Shown here: positions 1-16,897 of the stretch, piece by piece
How positions within the stretch are numbered: position 1 is the stretch's first letter
Layout: each line of letters starts with the position of its first letter
Assembly (NCBI RefSeq): GCF_009914755.1
Contig: NC_060947.1
Direction: 5' to 3' (one strand)
Length of the DNA stretch: 64,000 nucleotides
Source of the DNA: the human T2T-CHM13v2.0 reference genome, Homo sapiens
Translations under genes and position numbers: made by a program
The notes under the pieces: generated by a model
Database searches by the model: none
The model's input: only the letters and a program-made list of their open reading frames with translations
Told to the model about the DNA's origin: nothing

Positions 1-1168
1 ACAATATTACACAAAGCAACTTACAAATCAATGCAATCCCTACCAAAAATACCAATGACATTCTCCACAGAAAAAGAAAAGACGAATCCTAAAATTTATG
101 TAGAATAACAAAAGGCCTTGAATAACCAAAGCAATCCTGAGCAAAAAGAACAAAGCCTGAGGCATCACAGTATCTGACTTCAAAACTTACTGTAAAGCAA
201 TACTAAAAAAACACCACATCATGGTGCTGGCATAAACAGAGATACATAGACTAATGGAACAGAATGGAGAACCCAGATATAAATCCACACATTTACAGAA
301 AATTCCTCTCCAACAAAGGCAGCAAGAACATACAACAGGGGAAGGAAAGTCTCATTAGTAAATAGTGCTGGGAAAACAGAATAACCCATATGTGGAAGAA
401 ATAAACTCGTCCCCTATCTCTCATCACACACAATAATAAAATCAAAATGGATTGAAGACTTAAATTTAAGACTTAAAATTATGAAACTACTGGAAGAAAA
501 CATTGCGGAAATGCTCCATGATACTGGCCTGGGTACAGATGTTTTATATAAGACTCAAAAGCATGGACAACCAAAGTAAAAATTGACAAGTGGATTACAT
601 CAAGTTCAAAAGCTTCTGCAAAGAAAATGAAACAATCTTCACAAAGTGAAGAGACAACCCACAGAACAGGAGGAAATATTTGCAAAATATCCATACGATA
701 TGGTTTGGCTGTGTACCCACCCAAATCTCATCTTGAAATGTATTTCCCATAATCCCCATGTGTCGTGGGAGGTAATTGAATTACAGTGGCAGTTACCCTC
801 ATGCTGTTCTTGTCATAGTGAGTGAGTGAGATCTGATGGTTTTATAAGAGGCTTTCCCCCCCTTTACTTGACACTTCTCTCTTCTGCCAGCATGTGAAGA
901 AGGACGTGTTTGCTTCCCCATCTGCCATTACTGTACGTTTCCTGAGGCCTCCCCAGCCATGCTGAACTGTGAGTCAATTAAACCTCTTTCCTTTATAAAT
1001 TACAGTCTTAGGCAGTTCTTTATGGCAGTGTGAGAACGGACTAATACAGTACCTTAGTACCAGGAGGTACTAGGGTGCTGCTGTAAGTATACCTGAAAAT
1101 CTGGAAGCAACTTCGGGACTGGATAACAGGCAGAAGGTGGAACAGCTTGGAGGGCTCAGAAGAAGTCA

Positions 1169-1862
<694 letters not shown>

Positions 1863-4529
1863 TCCTAGAGACTTCTTGAATGGCTTGGACCAAAATGCTG
1901 ATGATGATATGGACAATAAAGTCCAGACTGATATGGTCTCAGATGGGGTTGAGAAACTTGGGGGGAACTGGAATAAAGATAATTCTTGCTATGCTTTAGC
2001 AAAGAGACTGGTGGCATTTTGCCCCTGCCCTAGAGATCTGTGGAACTTTGAACTTGAGAAAGATGATTTAGTGTATCTGGCAGAAGAAATTTCTAAGCAG
2101 CAAAGTGTTCAAGAGGAAGCAGAGTATAGAAGATTGGAAAACGTTCAGCCTGAAAATGTGATAGAAAAGAAAAACCCATTTTCTGGGGAGAAATTCAAGC
2201 TGGCTGCAGAAATTTGTGTAAGTAATGAGGAATTGAATGCTAATTGCCAAGACAATGGGGAAAATATTTCCGGGGCATATCAGAGACCTTTATGGCAGCC
2301 CCTCCCATCACAGGCCCAGAGGCCTATGAGGGAAAAATGGTTTCCTGGACCAGGTCCAGGGCCCCTCTGCTGTATGCAGTCTCAGGACTTGGTGTCCTGC
2401 ATCCCAGCCACTCCAGCTGTGTCTAAAAAGGGCCAATGTATAGCTCGGGCCATTGCTTTGGAGGGTGCAGCCCCCAAGCCTTGGCAGTTTCCATGTGATG
2501 TTGAGCCTACAGGTGCACAGAAGTCAATAATTGAGGTTTGGGAACCTCTGTCTAGATTTCAGAGGATATATGGAAACTCCTGGATGTCCAGGCAGAAGTT
2601 TGCTGCAGGGGTAGAGCCCTCATGGAGAACCTGTGTTAGGGCAGTGTGAAAGGGGAATGATCGAGTTGGATCCCACACACAGGTCCCCACTGGGGCACTG
2701 CCTAGTGGAGCTGTGAGAAGAGAGCCAGCATCCTGCAGACCCCAGAATGGTAGATCCATGGACAGCTTACATCATGCACGTGGAAAAGCTGCAGGCACTC
2801 GATGCCAGCCTGTGAAAGCAGCTGGGAGGGGGACTGTACCCTGCAAAGCCATAAGGGTGGAGATGCCCAAGGCTGTGGGAGCCCACCTCTTGCATCGGCA
2901 TGACCTAGATGTGAGACATGAATTCAAAGGAGATCATTTTGGAACTTGAAGATTTAATGACTGCCCTATTGGATTTTGGACACGCATGGGGCCTGTTGCC
3001 AATTTGGCCAATTTCTCCCCTTTGGAATGGATGTATTTATCCAGCGCCTGTACCCCCATTGTATCTAGAAAGTAACTAACTTGCTTTCAATTTTACAGGC
3101 TCGTAGGTGGAAAGGACTTGCCTTGTCTCAGATGAGACTCTGGATTTGGACTTTTGAGTTAATGCTGGAATGAGTTAATAATTTGGGGGACTGTTGGAAA
3201 GGCATGATTATGTTTTGAAATGTGAGGACATAAGATTTGGGAAGGGCCAGGGGTGAAATGATATGGTATGGCTGTGTCTCCATCCGAATCTCATTTTGAA
3301 TTGTAGTTTCCATAATCCCCACGTGTGGTGGGAGGGAACTGGTGGGAGGAAATTGAATCAGGGGGCAGGTATCCTCATGCTGTTCTCATGATAGTGAGTG
3401 AGTTCTCATGAGATTTGATGGTTTTATAAGGGGATTTTCCCCCTTTGCTTAGCACTGCTGTCCCTGCAACCATGTGAAGGGGGATGTGCTTGCTTTCCCT
3501 TCTGCTTTGATTTAAGTTTCCTGAGGCTTCCCCAGTCATGCGGAACTGTGAGTCAATTAAAACTTTTTGCTTTATAAGTTACCCAATCTTGGGCAGTTCT
3601 TTATAGCAGCAGGAGAATGGACTAACACACCATCTGACAAGGGATTAACAACCAGAAGATATAAGCCGCTCAAACAACTCAATAGAAAATATAAATAAAT
3701 AAATAATCCTGTTTTAAAATGGGCAAAAGATCTGAATAGACATTTTTCTAAAGAAGACATACAAATGCCCAACAGGTGTATGAAAAACGCTCAACATCAC
3801 TAATCATCAAGGAAATGCAAAACAAAACCACAACGAGATAGCACCTCATCTCAGTGAAAATGGCTTCTATCTGAAAGACAGGCAATTACAGATGCTTGCA
3901 AGGATGCGATAAAAGGGAAAGCTTATACACTGTTGGTGGAAATGTAAATTAGTATAAACACTATGGAGAACAGTATGGAGATTCCTCAAAATATTAAAGA
4001 TAGAACTACCATATGATCCTGCAAATCCACTACTGGGTACATATCAAAAAGAAAGGAAATCAATATGTCCAAGAGCTACCTGTCCTCCCATGTTGATTGC
4101 AGCACTATTCACAATAGCCAAAATATGGCATTGACCTAAGTGCCCACCAATGGATGAATGCATAAAGAAAATACGGTATGTATATGTAATGAAATACTAT
4201 TCAGCCTTAAGTATAATGAAATCCTGCCATTTGCAGAAACTTGGATGGAACTGGAGGTCATTACGTTATGTAAAATAAGGTAATCACAGAAAGACAAATA
4301 TTGCATATTCTCACTTACATGTAGGAGCTAAAAAGTTTGAGCTAATGAAGATAGAGAATAGAATGATGATTAGTAGAGCAGGGGAAGGGTAGTAGGGAGG
4401 ACAGATTACAGGACAAAAAAGAACAAAAGATATTTATTACCACTGAACTGTACACTCAAAATGGTAAAGATGGTAAAGTGTATATGTATTATTTTACCTC
4501 TATAAGTAAAATAGATAAATAAATATTAC

Positions 4530-5530
4530 TGAAGGAAACACAATGTGGCTATATGCTATGTACATACAAGAGACACATCTGAAGACATAAAAACACAGAA
4601 GGTTTGAAAGTACTGTGATGGACAAATATGTGTAGGAAAATCATAAAGGTAGAGCTGTAAAGTACAGACAAAAGGGCATATTAAAAATCCTCTTTGAGAT
4701 AAAATATCATTACACTAACAGATGGAGTATCTTGAGTGGAAAAAGTAACAACTCTAACTTTGTATGTTTCAATAACAGGTACTCAAAATATCTACTGCAA
4801 AAAATTGAATTACAAGGAAAAATCAACAAACCTTTAGACTCACGATAAGTGAAAGACCAATCAGACCAATAATTTGTAAGTTTAAAAAATTAGAACAACC
4901 CAGTTGGTAAGGATGAGCTAATAAACACTCATAAACTTATCTACTTAACACTTAGTAAAACACACACAGCATATTTACTTCCCACCCCACCCCCGACAAA
5001 AAAAAATGACCACGTGCTAAGACATAGGACAAATCTCAAGAAACACAAAAAGGTTTTACATCCTACAGATCATTCTCTTTCAATATGAGGCATTAAATTA
5101 AGAATCAATAACAAAAAGTTTTATAGTTGGAAATTGAAAAACACTAAAAAAATTTCAAGAAACAAAAAAGAAACCTTAAAGATTATTTGAAAATCTTTAG
5201 AAGTGAACAATAGTGAAAATGTTTACATATGAAATCTTGTTTGGGGCTCTTAAAGTGGTGCTTGGAGGGAAATTGATATTCATAAAGATGGCTTAAAGAT
5301 AGCCTTTAAGGAAAAGGAAAACCAATAAGTTAATATACCTCAGGAAACCAAAAGGACCACAGAATACCCCAAGGAAAGTAAAGAAAGAGATGATCCAGAT
5401 AAGAGCACAAATCAGTGAAACAGAAAACAAAAATAAATAATACAGATGATGAACAAAACAAAAAAAGGTTACTTTGAAAACACTAATGATATCAAAAATT
5501 TTGATAAGTTTAATTGAGAAAACGAGACAG
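4530..5530 (+). mobile_element. Very old L1 (L1M-type) ORF2 endonuclease-region fragment
   Basis: A-rich, degenerate L1 ORF2-like phrases (cttaaagtggtgcttggagggaaatt, ataagagcacaaatcagtgaaacagaaaac). Confidence 0.55.
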
Positions 5531-5625
5531 GGAGAATTGTTATGGGTAGGGGTAAGAATATGGGTACATGGAGCCCAATTACACTATTTTTTTCTACTTT
5601 GGGGTGTGTGTGTGGCATATGTTTT

Positions 5626-5966
5626 ACATATATATTTATTTATAGGATATGAATATATTTATAGAAATATATTCATATATATAATAAATGTATACATGTA
5701 TCATATATTATTTAATTTAAACATTAAATATATATAATATAATATATATATTTAATATTATATATATAATTTATATATATTTAATATTATATATATAATT
5801 TATATATATAATATTATATATATATAATTTATATATATTTTATTATATATAATAAAATATATATAAATTATATATATAAATTATATATAATTTAATATTA
5901 TATATAAATATATATAATATATAATATATATTTAATATTATATATAATAAATATATATTTTAAATA
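5626..5966. repeat. Interrupted (TA)n / AT-rich low-complexity tract
   Basis: Almost purely A/T from ~5725 onward, with recurring atatatatttaatattatatatataattt motifs. Confidence 0.9.
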
Positions 5967-6126
5967 TAAAATATATATTTACATATTTATTTTAAATGTA
6001 AAATATATATTTACATATTTATTTTAAATATAAAATATATATTTACATATTTATTTTAAATGTAAAATATATATTTACATATTTATTTTAAATATAAAAT
6101 ATATATTTACATATTTATTTTAAATA
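5967..6126. repeat. Minisatellite, 5 x 32 bp (taaaatatatatttacatatttattttaaat[g/a])
   Basis: Units start at 5967, 5999, 6031, 6063 and 6095, and are identical except the last base (G, A, G, A, A). Confidence 0.92.
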
Positions 6127-6138
6127 TCAAATAAATAG

Positions 6139-6469
<331 letters not shown>

Positions 6470-6579
6470 TTATATATATATTTATAGGATAGATATAGAT
6501 GGCTAGATATGAATGAGAGACAGTTAATTTGGGAATACTTATGAACACACATACAAATACTAATAATAAAATAATAGTA

Positions 6580-7660
6580 AACCTAACTAAAACATGTATA
6601 AAAAGGAATACCTCCCTGTAAAATCCGATTTTTTTAAGGAATGAAAAGATGGTCTAATATTAGGAAATCTATTGATGTAATTAATAACATTAACATATTA
6701 GAGGAGAAAATTCATGCAATCATCTTAATACAGGCCAAAGGAAGAGTTACAAAATTTCAAATACATTCATTATTAAACACACACACACACACAGCCCACA
6801 GGAAACTTTAATACAAAAGTGGCAATATGAAGAAACAAGGTTGCCTAGAGTTTATACTTTTGCTGATGCAGGTGGTGGCAAAGCCATCTTGTCTTTAGTA
6901 TGTACAGATTGACCACTAAACATATAAAAAGATGCTTAAACACCAAAGGTAATCAGAAAAATGCAAACAAAATAAATTAGATACCATGTTATACCCATCA
7001 CAGTGTCAAAAATAAAGTATGACAATACGAAGCATTAGCAAAAGTGCAGAGAAATTGAGCTCTCATACACTGCTATTGAGATTATACATTGATATGATTC
7101 ATCACAAGAGTATTTGGCCCTAAACTGAAAAAAGTTAAAAATGTGCAAGCCCTAACAAACCACAAATTTTATCTTTAGGTACACACCCTAAAGAAATTAA
7201 AAAATGTTCACAAAAATATGTGTACAAGAATGTTTGTTGTATTACTGCTTTTTAATAGCCAAAAAAGGAAACAGCCCAAATGCACATTAACAAGAGAATG
7301 GATGAATGTATGACCACATATTCATACAATGTAATAATCTTTGATAGTTAAAATAAATGAATTAGAGTAAAATACACAAAAAAGTAGAGTTTTTAATACG
7401 TGGTAAAAAATAAGTTGTATAATGATACACATGCTATGGATGAGTTTTATATAAAAGTTTCAAAACACAAAAGCCACTATTTGTTATTTATGAATGTATG
7501 TGATATACACATTCTTATTTATAAAGTATGCATATAAATGACAAAAAGACAAAAGCAACTTCACGGTTGTGAATATCTTTGAGGAGGGAGGGAAACAGGG
7601 AAATGGTATCAGGGTAAGGTACACAGGTAATTTTGCTTGTATCTTTAAATATTATTTTTT
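6580..7660 (+). mobile_element. Ancient L1ME-like fragments (ORF2 end and 3'UTR)
   Basis: Degenerate motifs tgtacaagaatgtttgttg, aacagcccaaatgcacattaacaagagaatggatgaa. Includes a short (CA)n near 6777-6792. Confidence 0.55.
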
Positions 7661-7746
7661 AGATAATATGCCATAAAAAGACATTTGACTCATTTTTAAG
7701 ATTTTAAAAAGTTGGATGATCATATCTATTTTTTCTCTACACAGAG

Positions 7747-8178
7747 AAATTGACAGCCTAAAATAGAAAAAGGTTTTCATCCAGTCTGTGCCTCAGACTG
7801 CCAATAAGCGGGAGCTTGAAGTAGACATAGCTACTTTTTCTAGTACTAGAGAGAAAACAGGTACAATAATTTCAAGTCTATTGCCACCAGGAAAGAGATC
7901 CCTGTGCTACTCTCCTTTTAATTAACAGTTTTTTTTTTCTGCATGGTGTTTGGATACTAGGATAATGGCATAATTTTCATAAGCAGTTGCCATATCAGAA
8001 TGTATGTTATCTGAATCTGTTATCTAGAATTATTACTATAATGTCTTTTTCTGTGTTATTTCCCAGGCTTCCATTTTATTTTTCTCATTAAGCTGGATGG
8101 TCAGTTCTTTTATTGTATTGTATACTTGCACCATTTTCCCCCCTGATTATCCACTGTATACCATAGGAAATTTTCTCT
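7747..8178 (+). repeat. Copy A of a ~430-bp local direct duplication, flanked by a 14-bp direct repeat
   Basis: Aligns end-to-end with 10994-11423 (aaattgacagcctaaaatag ... taggaaatt(t)tctct). The sequence ttttctctacacag occurs at 7731-7744 and 8171-8184. Confidence 0.93.
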
Positions 8179-8781
8179 ACACAGTCAAAACTACTGGGGA
8201 AAATCACAAAGTGATTATTTGCTCCACAAGTATTCCATGACCTTTGGCCAAAAGCAATCAGATTTTGACCTAACCATTCTAGAAATGTAATCAATTCCTT
8301 CCTTGCAAATTGATCCCTTGTATACGCTCCAAGGATGACTGCCTAGAAATTGACAAATGAATTCTGTTGTTTTGTGAGGCATTTAAATCACATCTTCCAG
8401 ATAATAAGCCTGAGTCTGCCTCCTGGGAAAGACGCTTAATACATTTTCTACACAGGGCAGAGATGACACTTAGTTCTTGGGGAAGCATTTCTGTCTTGTT
8501 AGAGCTTGAATGGCTTCAACTCTCTAACACTGTTCGATGTGTCAAAGCAGGCTCCCAGATAAAGCCTGCAAAGTTTATTCAGCTTTAGCAGTGTATGGGG
8601 CCAAGGCACGTGATAACTGCATTACAATGAAGGCCTTGCCATTTTCCCATTACAAGGGCCACTCCCTCTTATTTTGGCCATCCCATCTTTCCTCTACTCT
8701 TCGCCTTCTCTTCATCATTCTCTATTTTGAAGAAACATAATTGATACGTTATTTCAGATGTATTTAGTCCATGAAATAGTC

Positions 8782-10859
<2,078 letters not shown>

Positions 10860-10993
10860 TTATATTTCCTGGCTCTCTATGTTACGTAAAAATATCCAAG
10901 GAGATTCCTGGTCATAGACTCCTAGAAAAAGCTCAAGGACATAGATTCCTTTCTATATTGCATCTGCAATGCCATATCCTGTGGAATAAGAAT

Positions 10994-11423
10994 AAATTGA
11001 CAGCCTAAAATAGACAAAGGTTCTCATCCAGTCTGTGCCTCAGACTGCCAGTAAGGGAGAGTTTGAAGTAGACATAGCTACTTTTTCTAGCACTAGAGAG
11101 AAAACAGGTACAATAATTTCAATTCTACTGCCACCAGGAAAGAGATCCCTGTGCTATTCTCCTTTTAATTAACACAATTTTTTTTTCTCCATGGTGTTTG
11201 GATACTAGGATAATGGCATAATTTTCATAAGCAGTTGTCATATCAGAATGTACGTTATCTGAATCTGTTGTCTAGAATTATTACTATAATGTCTTTTTCT
11301 GTGTTCTTATTTCCCAGGATTCCATTTTGTTTTTCTCATTAAGCTAGATGGTTAGTTCTTTCATTGTATTGTATACTTGCACCATTACCTGATTGTCCAC
11401 TGTATATCCTAGGAAATTTCTCT
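10994..11423 (+). repeat. Copy B (probable donor) of the ~430-bp local duplication
   Basis: By eye, roughly 25 differences from 7747-8178 (about 93-94% identity). It has no flanking direct repeat. Confidence 0.93.
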
Positions 11424-12589
11424 GTGGCAGCTGACACTAGTGGCACTAGCTGGCACCTAGTGGGATCTAAGCAAAGTATTCCTGGGGAGAGGGTGAGGTT
11501 AATAATACCTAAAATTGGCATTTTAAGTTTCCCAGTTATTATCTCCCTGACTCTCCTAACATTACTCCTCTTTTCCCTCTTTATTTTCTCATTAGTTTTC
11601 TTGGTATAGTTCAGACAAATACTTGTTAATTACATACCATGGGACCCTGGGTTCCTGCACCTCTGACATGCTCAGGGACTAGAAGAGAAGGTGGAGCAGT
11701 GCCTGGAGCCTTAGGATCTTGAGAGCTAGGATGGAAGCTAGGTCAGAAGGGAATTTGGACCAGATAGAAGAGCAGCCAATGTTTTTCTCAGCTGTTACTT
11801 TTCTGCTTTCCTTTCCAGTGACTGACAATATGCCTAGAATGATATTCCTAAGCCACTTGCCCACTGTCTCTGCATTCTAATTCTTTGCAACCTTTCTCTT
11901 ATTGCCATTTCCACCCTCTTCCTATACATCTGATGGAGAAAATGGTCTAAACTCTCCTAATAATAGATAATTATAGAAGGTTGCATGGCCCCAGTTCACT
12001 CAAATTGGGATAGTCTTCTTTGTTCTGTTTCTCTCCTAGGAGATCATGGACACAGGATTGGCATTACTACTGAGGAGCTATGATGCTTTGTGTGACCAGC
12101 AAGCTCAATTTGTTGCAAATGAATAACACCAGCCTCACCACAAGCCTGTGAAACTGCCAGGGCAACCATTTTCCAACTTATCTCTTGTACTCTAAATTAA
12201 ATTTCTTTTTTTTCCCTCTGACTTTCTCCTTAGAAACATCTACCACTGTTTAGCTTTCATCTTTGCTCAGTTCCCTACTGTCATAGTTCCTTATATTCAT
12301 GAATGGAGAAGCCACCAAACCTAGTAGCTGAAGCTTGGAATCATCAATCATTGAGTCACCAGTCTTAATAATCACTAATGTCTCCTGAGGAAAGCTATTT
12401 TCACTCTTTATCTGCAGGGCTTGCTATTAATGTTTAATTTCATCTCAACAAACACATACAGAGGACCTCTGTCAGGTTCTGTGCTAAATGCTGGAGAACC
12501 AGAGATGTCCCTGACATGTTTTCTGTCCTTGAAAATTTTTCAGCTAAGTGGAGGAAGACAGTCATTATTTTTCCCTCAGATTTGATTTG

Positions 12590-12720
12590 TTCCTTCTCAT
12601 TTATTCTTGCACTTAATAAAAAGTTGGGAGTTTGCCATGTACCAAACACTGAGTCAGACATTTATGGTATTGAGATGAACAAAACAGACATGGCTTATAC
12701 CTTCATGGAGCTTTTGTCAA
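12590..12720 (-). mobile_element. L2 3'-end fragment
   Basis: cattt attc...tgccatgtaccaaacactg...gatgaacaaaacagacatgg...ccttcatggagctt is the typical antisense L2 tail. Confidence 0.55.
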
Positions 12721-15143
12721 AAAAGCTGAGAAGCTGTGTCTGTAAGGGCCAGTGTTTGGCCAAGGAACGTAATGGATGTAAAATATTATGGGTGGTGGTG
12801 TGTCAATGTTCAAAGTGGCAGCGTAATTTTCCCCCTTTGTGAACAAAAGACTGCCTCTATTTCCTTAGGAAAGTATTTTGGACCCAAACGCCCTCTTTTC
12901 CTGGAAATGAGCCAAGAACCCAGGCAGCCCAAATTTTCATCAACTTTTCCAAGTAGTCTGTGGTCTCAGGGGAGCCTGGGTTCTTGGTGAAACTAGTTGC
13001 CAAAGTCAGAAGACTGCCTAAAGCTTTACCCAAATGCATCCCTGGCCCTGGGATCAATTGAACAGTCTACTTAGTAGCACAGAAAAAAAAACATTTCTCA
13101 AAACACCCGAAATATGCTTTTTAGCCAGAATGATTGTAGCTATTCTGCCTTGTGACTGGATGGACATGCGGCTAAAAATAATGTGAAATTCATTTGACCA
13201 AAGTCTGCCCTCTCTATCAGGAAGGTGCCATTCTGTTGCTTCAGCTAAATAATGAGGAATAAAAACAAACAAGCAAATTATAACATGAAACTTCAAGAGA
13301 CATAGACAGAAAGTCCCAATTGTTAGAAACGTCTCCAGAGCCTGGACACACCCATACACGCCTGCTATGGTGAGGAAGCAGCAGAGTGAGGAGCTGGTTG
13401 GAACAGGGACTGTGTGTGTCCTTCTCTGGTATGCCTGGGTTTAGGTATCTGTTTGCATATGTGTTTCTACAGAATGCCTAGAATAGTGTGTGGGCTGTGT
13501 ACCCTATATGTATTTGTTATGTGTATGTATATTTGTCTGAATGTTATTTATGGTTGTTGGTGCATGAATGAAAATGAGTGAGTGAGTGTATGTGTGTGTG
13601 AGAAGAGTCACTTCATTTATCCTTTTATAAATATCCTAATTTAATTCCTAACAATAGAAAAAGAGCTACATACACCTGGTGAGTATGGTTGTCTCTGATG
13701 GGCTGTGAGATCTCTGAATATAGGGCTTCCTAGAGCCTTTAATGCATAGTTGGGCTCGTAAGGAGTACTTGTTGAATGGCCAACTGGCAACAATGTTAAC
13801 ACATGCCTGGATTTTAACACATGCCTGTGGGAATTACTAGTCAACAAGTTGACAGAGGGCAATGGAGACATACAGGCTTTCTTGCTGTCCCTAAGAGAGA
13901 GCCATCTCCTCCATTCCTTATATCTTACATACCCCTTAATGAGCTCTCCCTGTGTGTCAAATGCTGTTAAGTGCCAGGGAAGCCATGGAGACTTGGTACT
14001 TGCCCTCGAGGAGTTCAAAGGAAGTCTAATGTACCCTTCTCTTTACTCTACACTTGAAAGACAAGGTTCAGACCTCTCCTTTACCCATGCCTGGCCTTCC
14101 AAACATTCACATACTGATGATTTCTTCTCCTGAGAACTAGCCAGCTTTTCCAATTGACTCATAGACCTTGCACCTGATTGAAGAGTCATGTAAAATCAAC
14201 GGGCCTAAATCAACTCTCAGGCTCCAGCCTTTTCCCCTTTGTACTCCATCCTGCACAGATCACCAGATCAATCATTCCAAAACAACACATATATTTTTAC
14301 TGTCCTAACAAAATCCACCCAATGGCTCTGCATTACCTATAAGAAAACCTCTACCACTTCCCTACACAACTGTTTGTGTTAGTCCAACAGGCGGAAAGAA
14401 GCTTTGTCCCCTGCCAAGTAGTAGTCCCACTGAAAATAGACACACAGAAAAAAACTCTAAATAGTGAACATGGGCATGTCATTATCTTCAAACATATTTT
14501 CCCTGATACTAGGATTTTTGCTTGCAACACAAAGTCAGTCATTCAACAAAAACTTATTGAACATCTAATAATGGCCAGGTATACAAAGCAGATAATAGCT
14601 TTTTTTGTGTCTCTAAATCATAATTATTCAATTGAATATTTGATACTCAGTATATATCGATAGGGTATCTATTTGAGTGAGGCCTTCTGCTTCAACTCTC
14701 CACTGTACTCTTTGTTTTGAATACAATGGATAATGGTGAGAAAAGGGGCCACTCCCTTGCTTGTTCTGCTGTGCCCTGCTCTATATTTTGAGTCTGCAAT
14801 GAAGCTCTCTCCATGCCCAAATCTGTACAAAGAATAGTTTCCAGAAGTGATTTAGATTCTTTCTCCAAACTGTTTGTATCATTCTGGCCAGTCCATGTCC
14901 CTAGTGGATGAAACCCAGTTACAAGGAACAGACTTCTTGGATGACACCACCAGCTGCTTTACTGAGAATCCCCACCACAATTCTCTCCTCATATGACCTA
15001 CCTGTACCAATATGTGTGGTGCCAGCAGAGTGTGAAGGGAGAAGTCAGGGAAGCTTTAATTAAGGATAGGGAACCAAACAAACTTTTGAAAGATGTGTCG
15101 TGGGAGAAAGATAAGGGCACTCCTGAAAGGGGTATATACATTA

Positions 15144-15548
<405 letters not shown>

Positions 15549-15744
15549 TCACAGGGAACATGCTAGGTACAGACTCAAAGTCTATCCCTTTAGTATCATT
15601 GAAAATGACAGCATAATACCAAAACAACAAAGCTTAGATAGGGCCCTTAGAGATCCCTGACATTCACAAGAGCTGAGCTCTCACTGGGCTTACCCTTACC
15701 TGTAGTAGGTTACAAATGTTGCAATATCCAACACTCTTCCACTT

Positions 15745-16070
15745 CTAGGAACATAGGATGATTGTTCTTCCACTCCCCTGCCTTTTTAAAATATAGAGGG
15801 GCAATAGGAATGGTTCTGGATGTGGGAGAAAGTAATATGTGTCTCTCATGGCTGGAACAATTGATGTCTAATGCAAGACCCTCCATGCCATGATGATCGT
15901 AAAAACACACATTGCTGTGGTGCTACAATAAAATTGAAAAAGTCTGGAATGATGAGCTAATATATGGAGGAGCACTGCCCTGGAGAGTTGCCTGGATCCA
16001 CAATAGACTTTGCATGAATGAGAAATAATTTTTGGGGGGGTTAATTGTCCCATATTTGGAGACAACTGAT
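15745..16070 (+). mobile_element. Old MaLR LTR fragment (MLT1-like)
   Basis: Degenerate MLT1-like phrases (ggagcactgccctggagag, gactttgcatgaatgagaaataa). Confidence 0.45.
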
Positions 16071-16259
16071 ATCATTTGATACACTCTTTACATTTACTTT
16101 CCTTCATTGTAACCATTTGTTTTACTTGTCAATCTTCCCACCTAACCCAAGAGCTTCTGAAAGGTTTATGACTCAGATGGTGCTCACTAAACATCAAGTT
16201 TTGCATGAATGGATTAATCTCATCACACACCACATATTTGCCAAATTGGAAATTAATAC

Positions 16260-16686
16260 TGTCTTAGTCCATTCAGGCTGTTACAACAAAATACCTTAGA
16301 CTGGGTAATTTATAAAGAACATAAATTCATTGCTCACAGTTCTGGAGTCTGGGAAGTCTTAGATCAAGGCACCAGCAGGTTCAGTGTCTGGTGAGGGTCC
16401 ACTCCTCATAGATGGTGCCTTCTATGTCCTCACATGATGGAAGGGGCTAGGGAGCTTGCTCAAGCTTCTTTTATAAGAGCACTAATCCCAATCATGAGGG
16501 TGGAGCCCTCCTGACCTAATCGCCTTCTAAAGGCCTCACTGCTTAGTACTATCTTAATACTATAGTATTAAGTACTATATAGTACTTATATACTATATAG
16601 TACTTAGTACTAAGTATTTATAGTACTTAGTACTATAAATTTCAGCATACAGATTGTGGGGAGACAAAAACATCCAGAACAGCAGC
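16260..16686 (-). mobile_element. MLT1A/MLT1A0-like solo LTR with an internal AT-rich insertion
   Basis: tgtcttagtccattcaggctg...ctcacagttctggag...aagatcaaggcaccagcag...cactaatccca...gagggtggagccctc...aaatttcagcat...ggggagaca. Confidence 0.8.
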
Positions 16687-16897
16687 TACCCAGAGAAGTG
16701 AAGTTTATAGTATATAAATAAGTTATATACTTATAAGTTAGTTATAAATATACTTATAAATAAGTTATATACTTATATACTATAAGTATAGTATAGTATA
16801 TAAGTTATATACTTATATACTATAAGTATAGTATAGTATATAAGTTATATAAGTATATATACATCCAGAACAGCAGCTACCCAGAGAAGTGAAGTTT
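16670..16897. repeat. 37-bp perfect direct repeat enclosing 154 bp of AT-rich filler that contains a 2 x 40-bp tandem repeat
   Basis: acatccagaacagcagctacccagagaagtgaagttt occurs at 16670-16706 and 16861-16897. The 40-mer at 16761-16800 equals 16801-16840. Confidence 0.93.

Noticed and set aside
5967-6126. CRISPR-like array (32-bp repeats)
   Set aside because: The units are directly adjacent with no spacers, there are no cas genes, and the context is eukaryotic.
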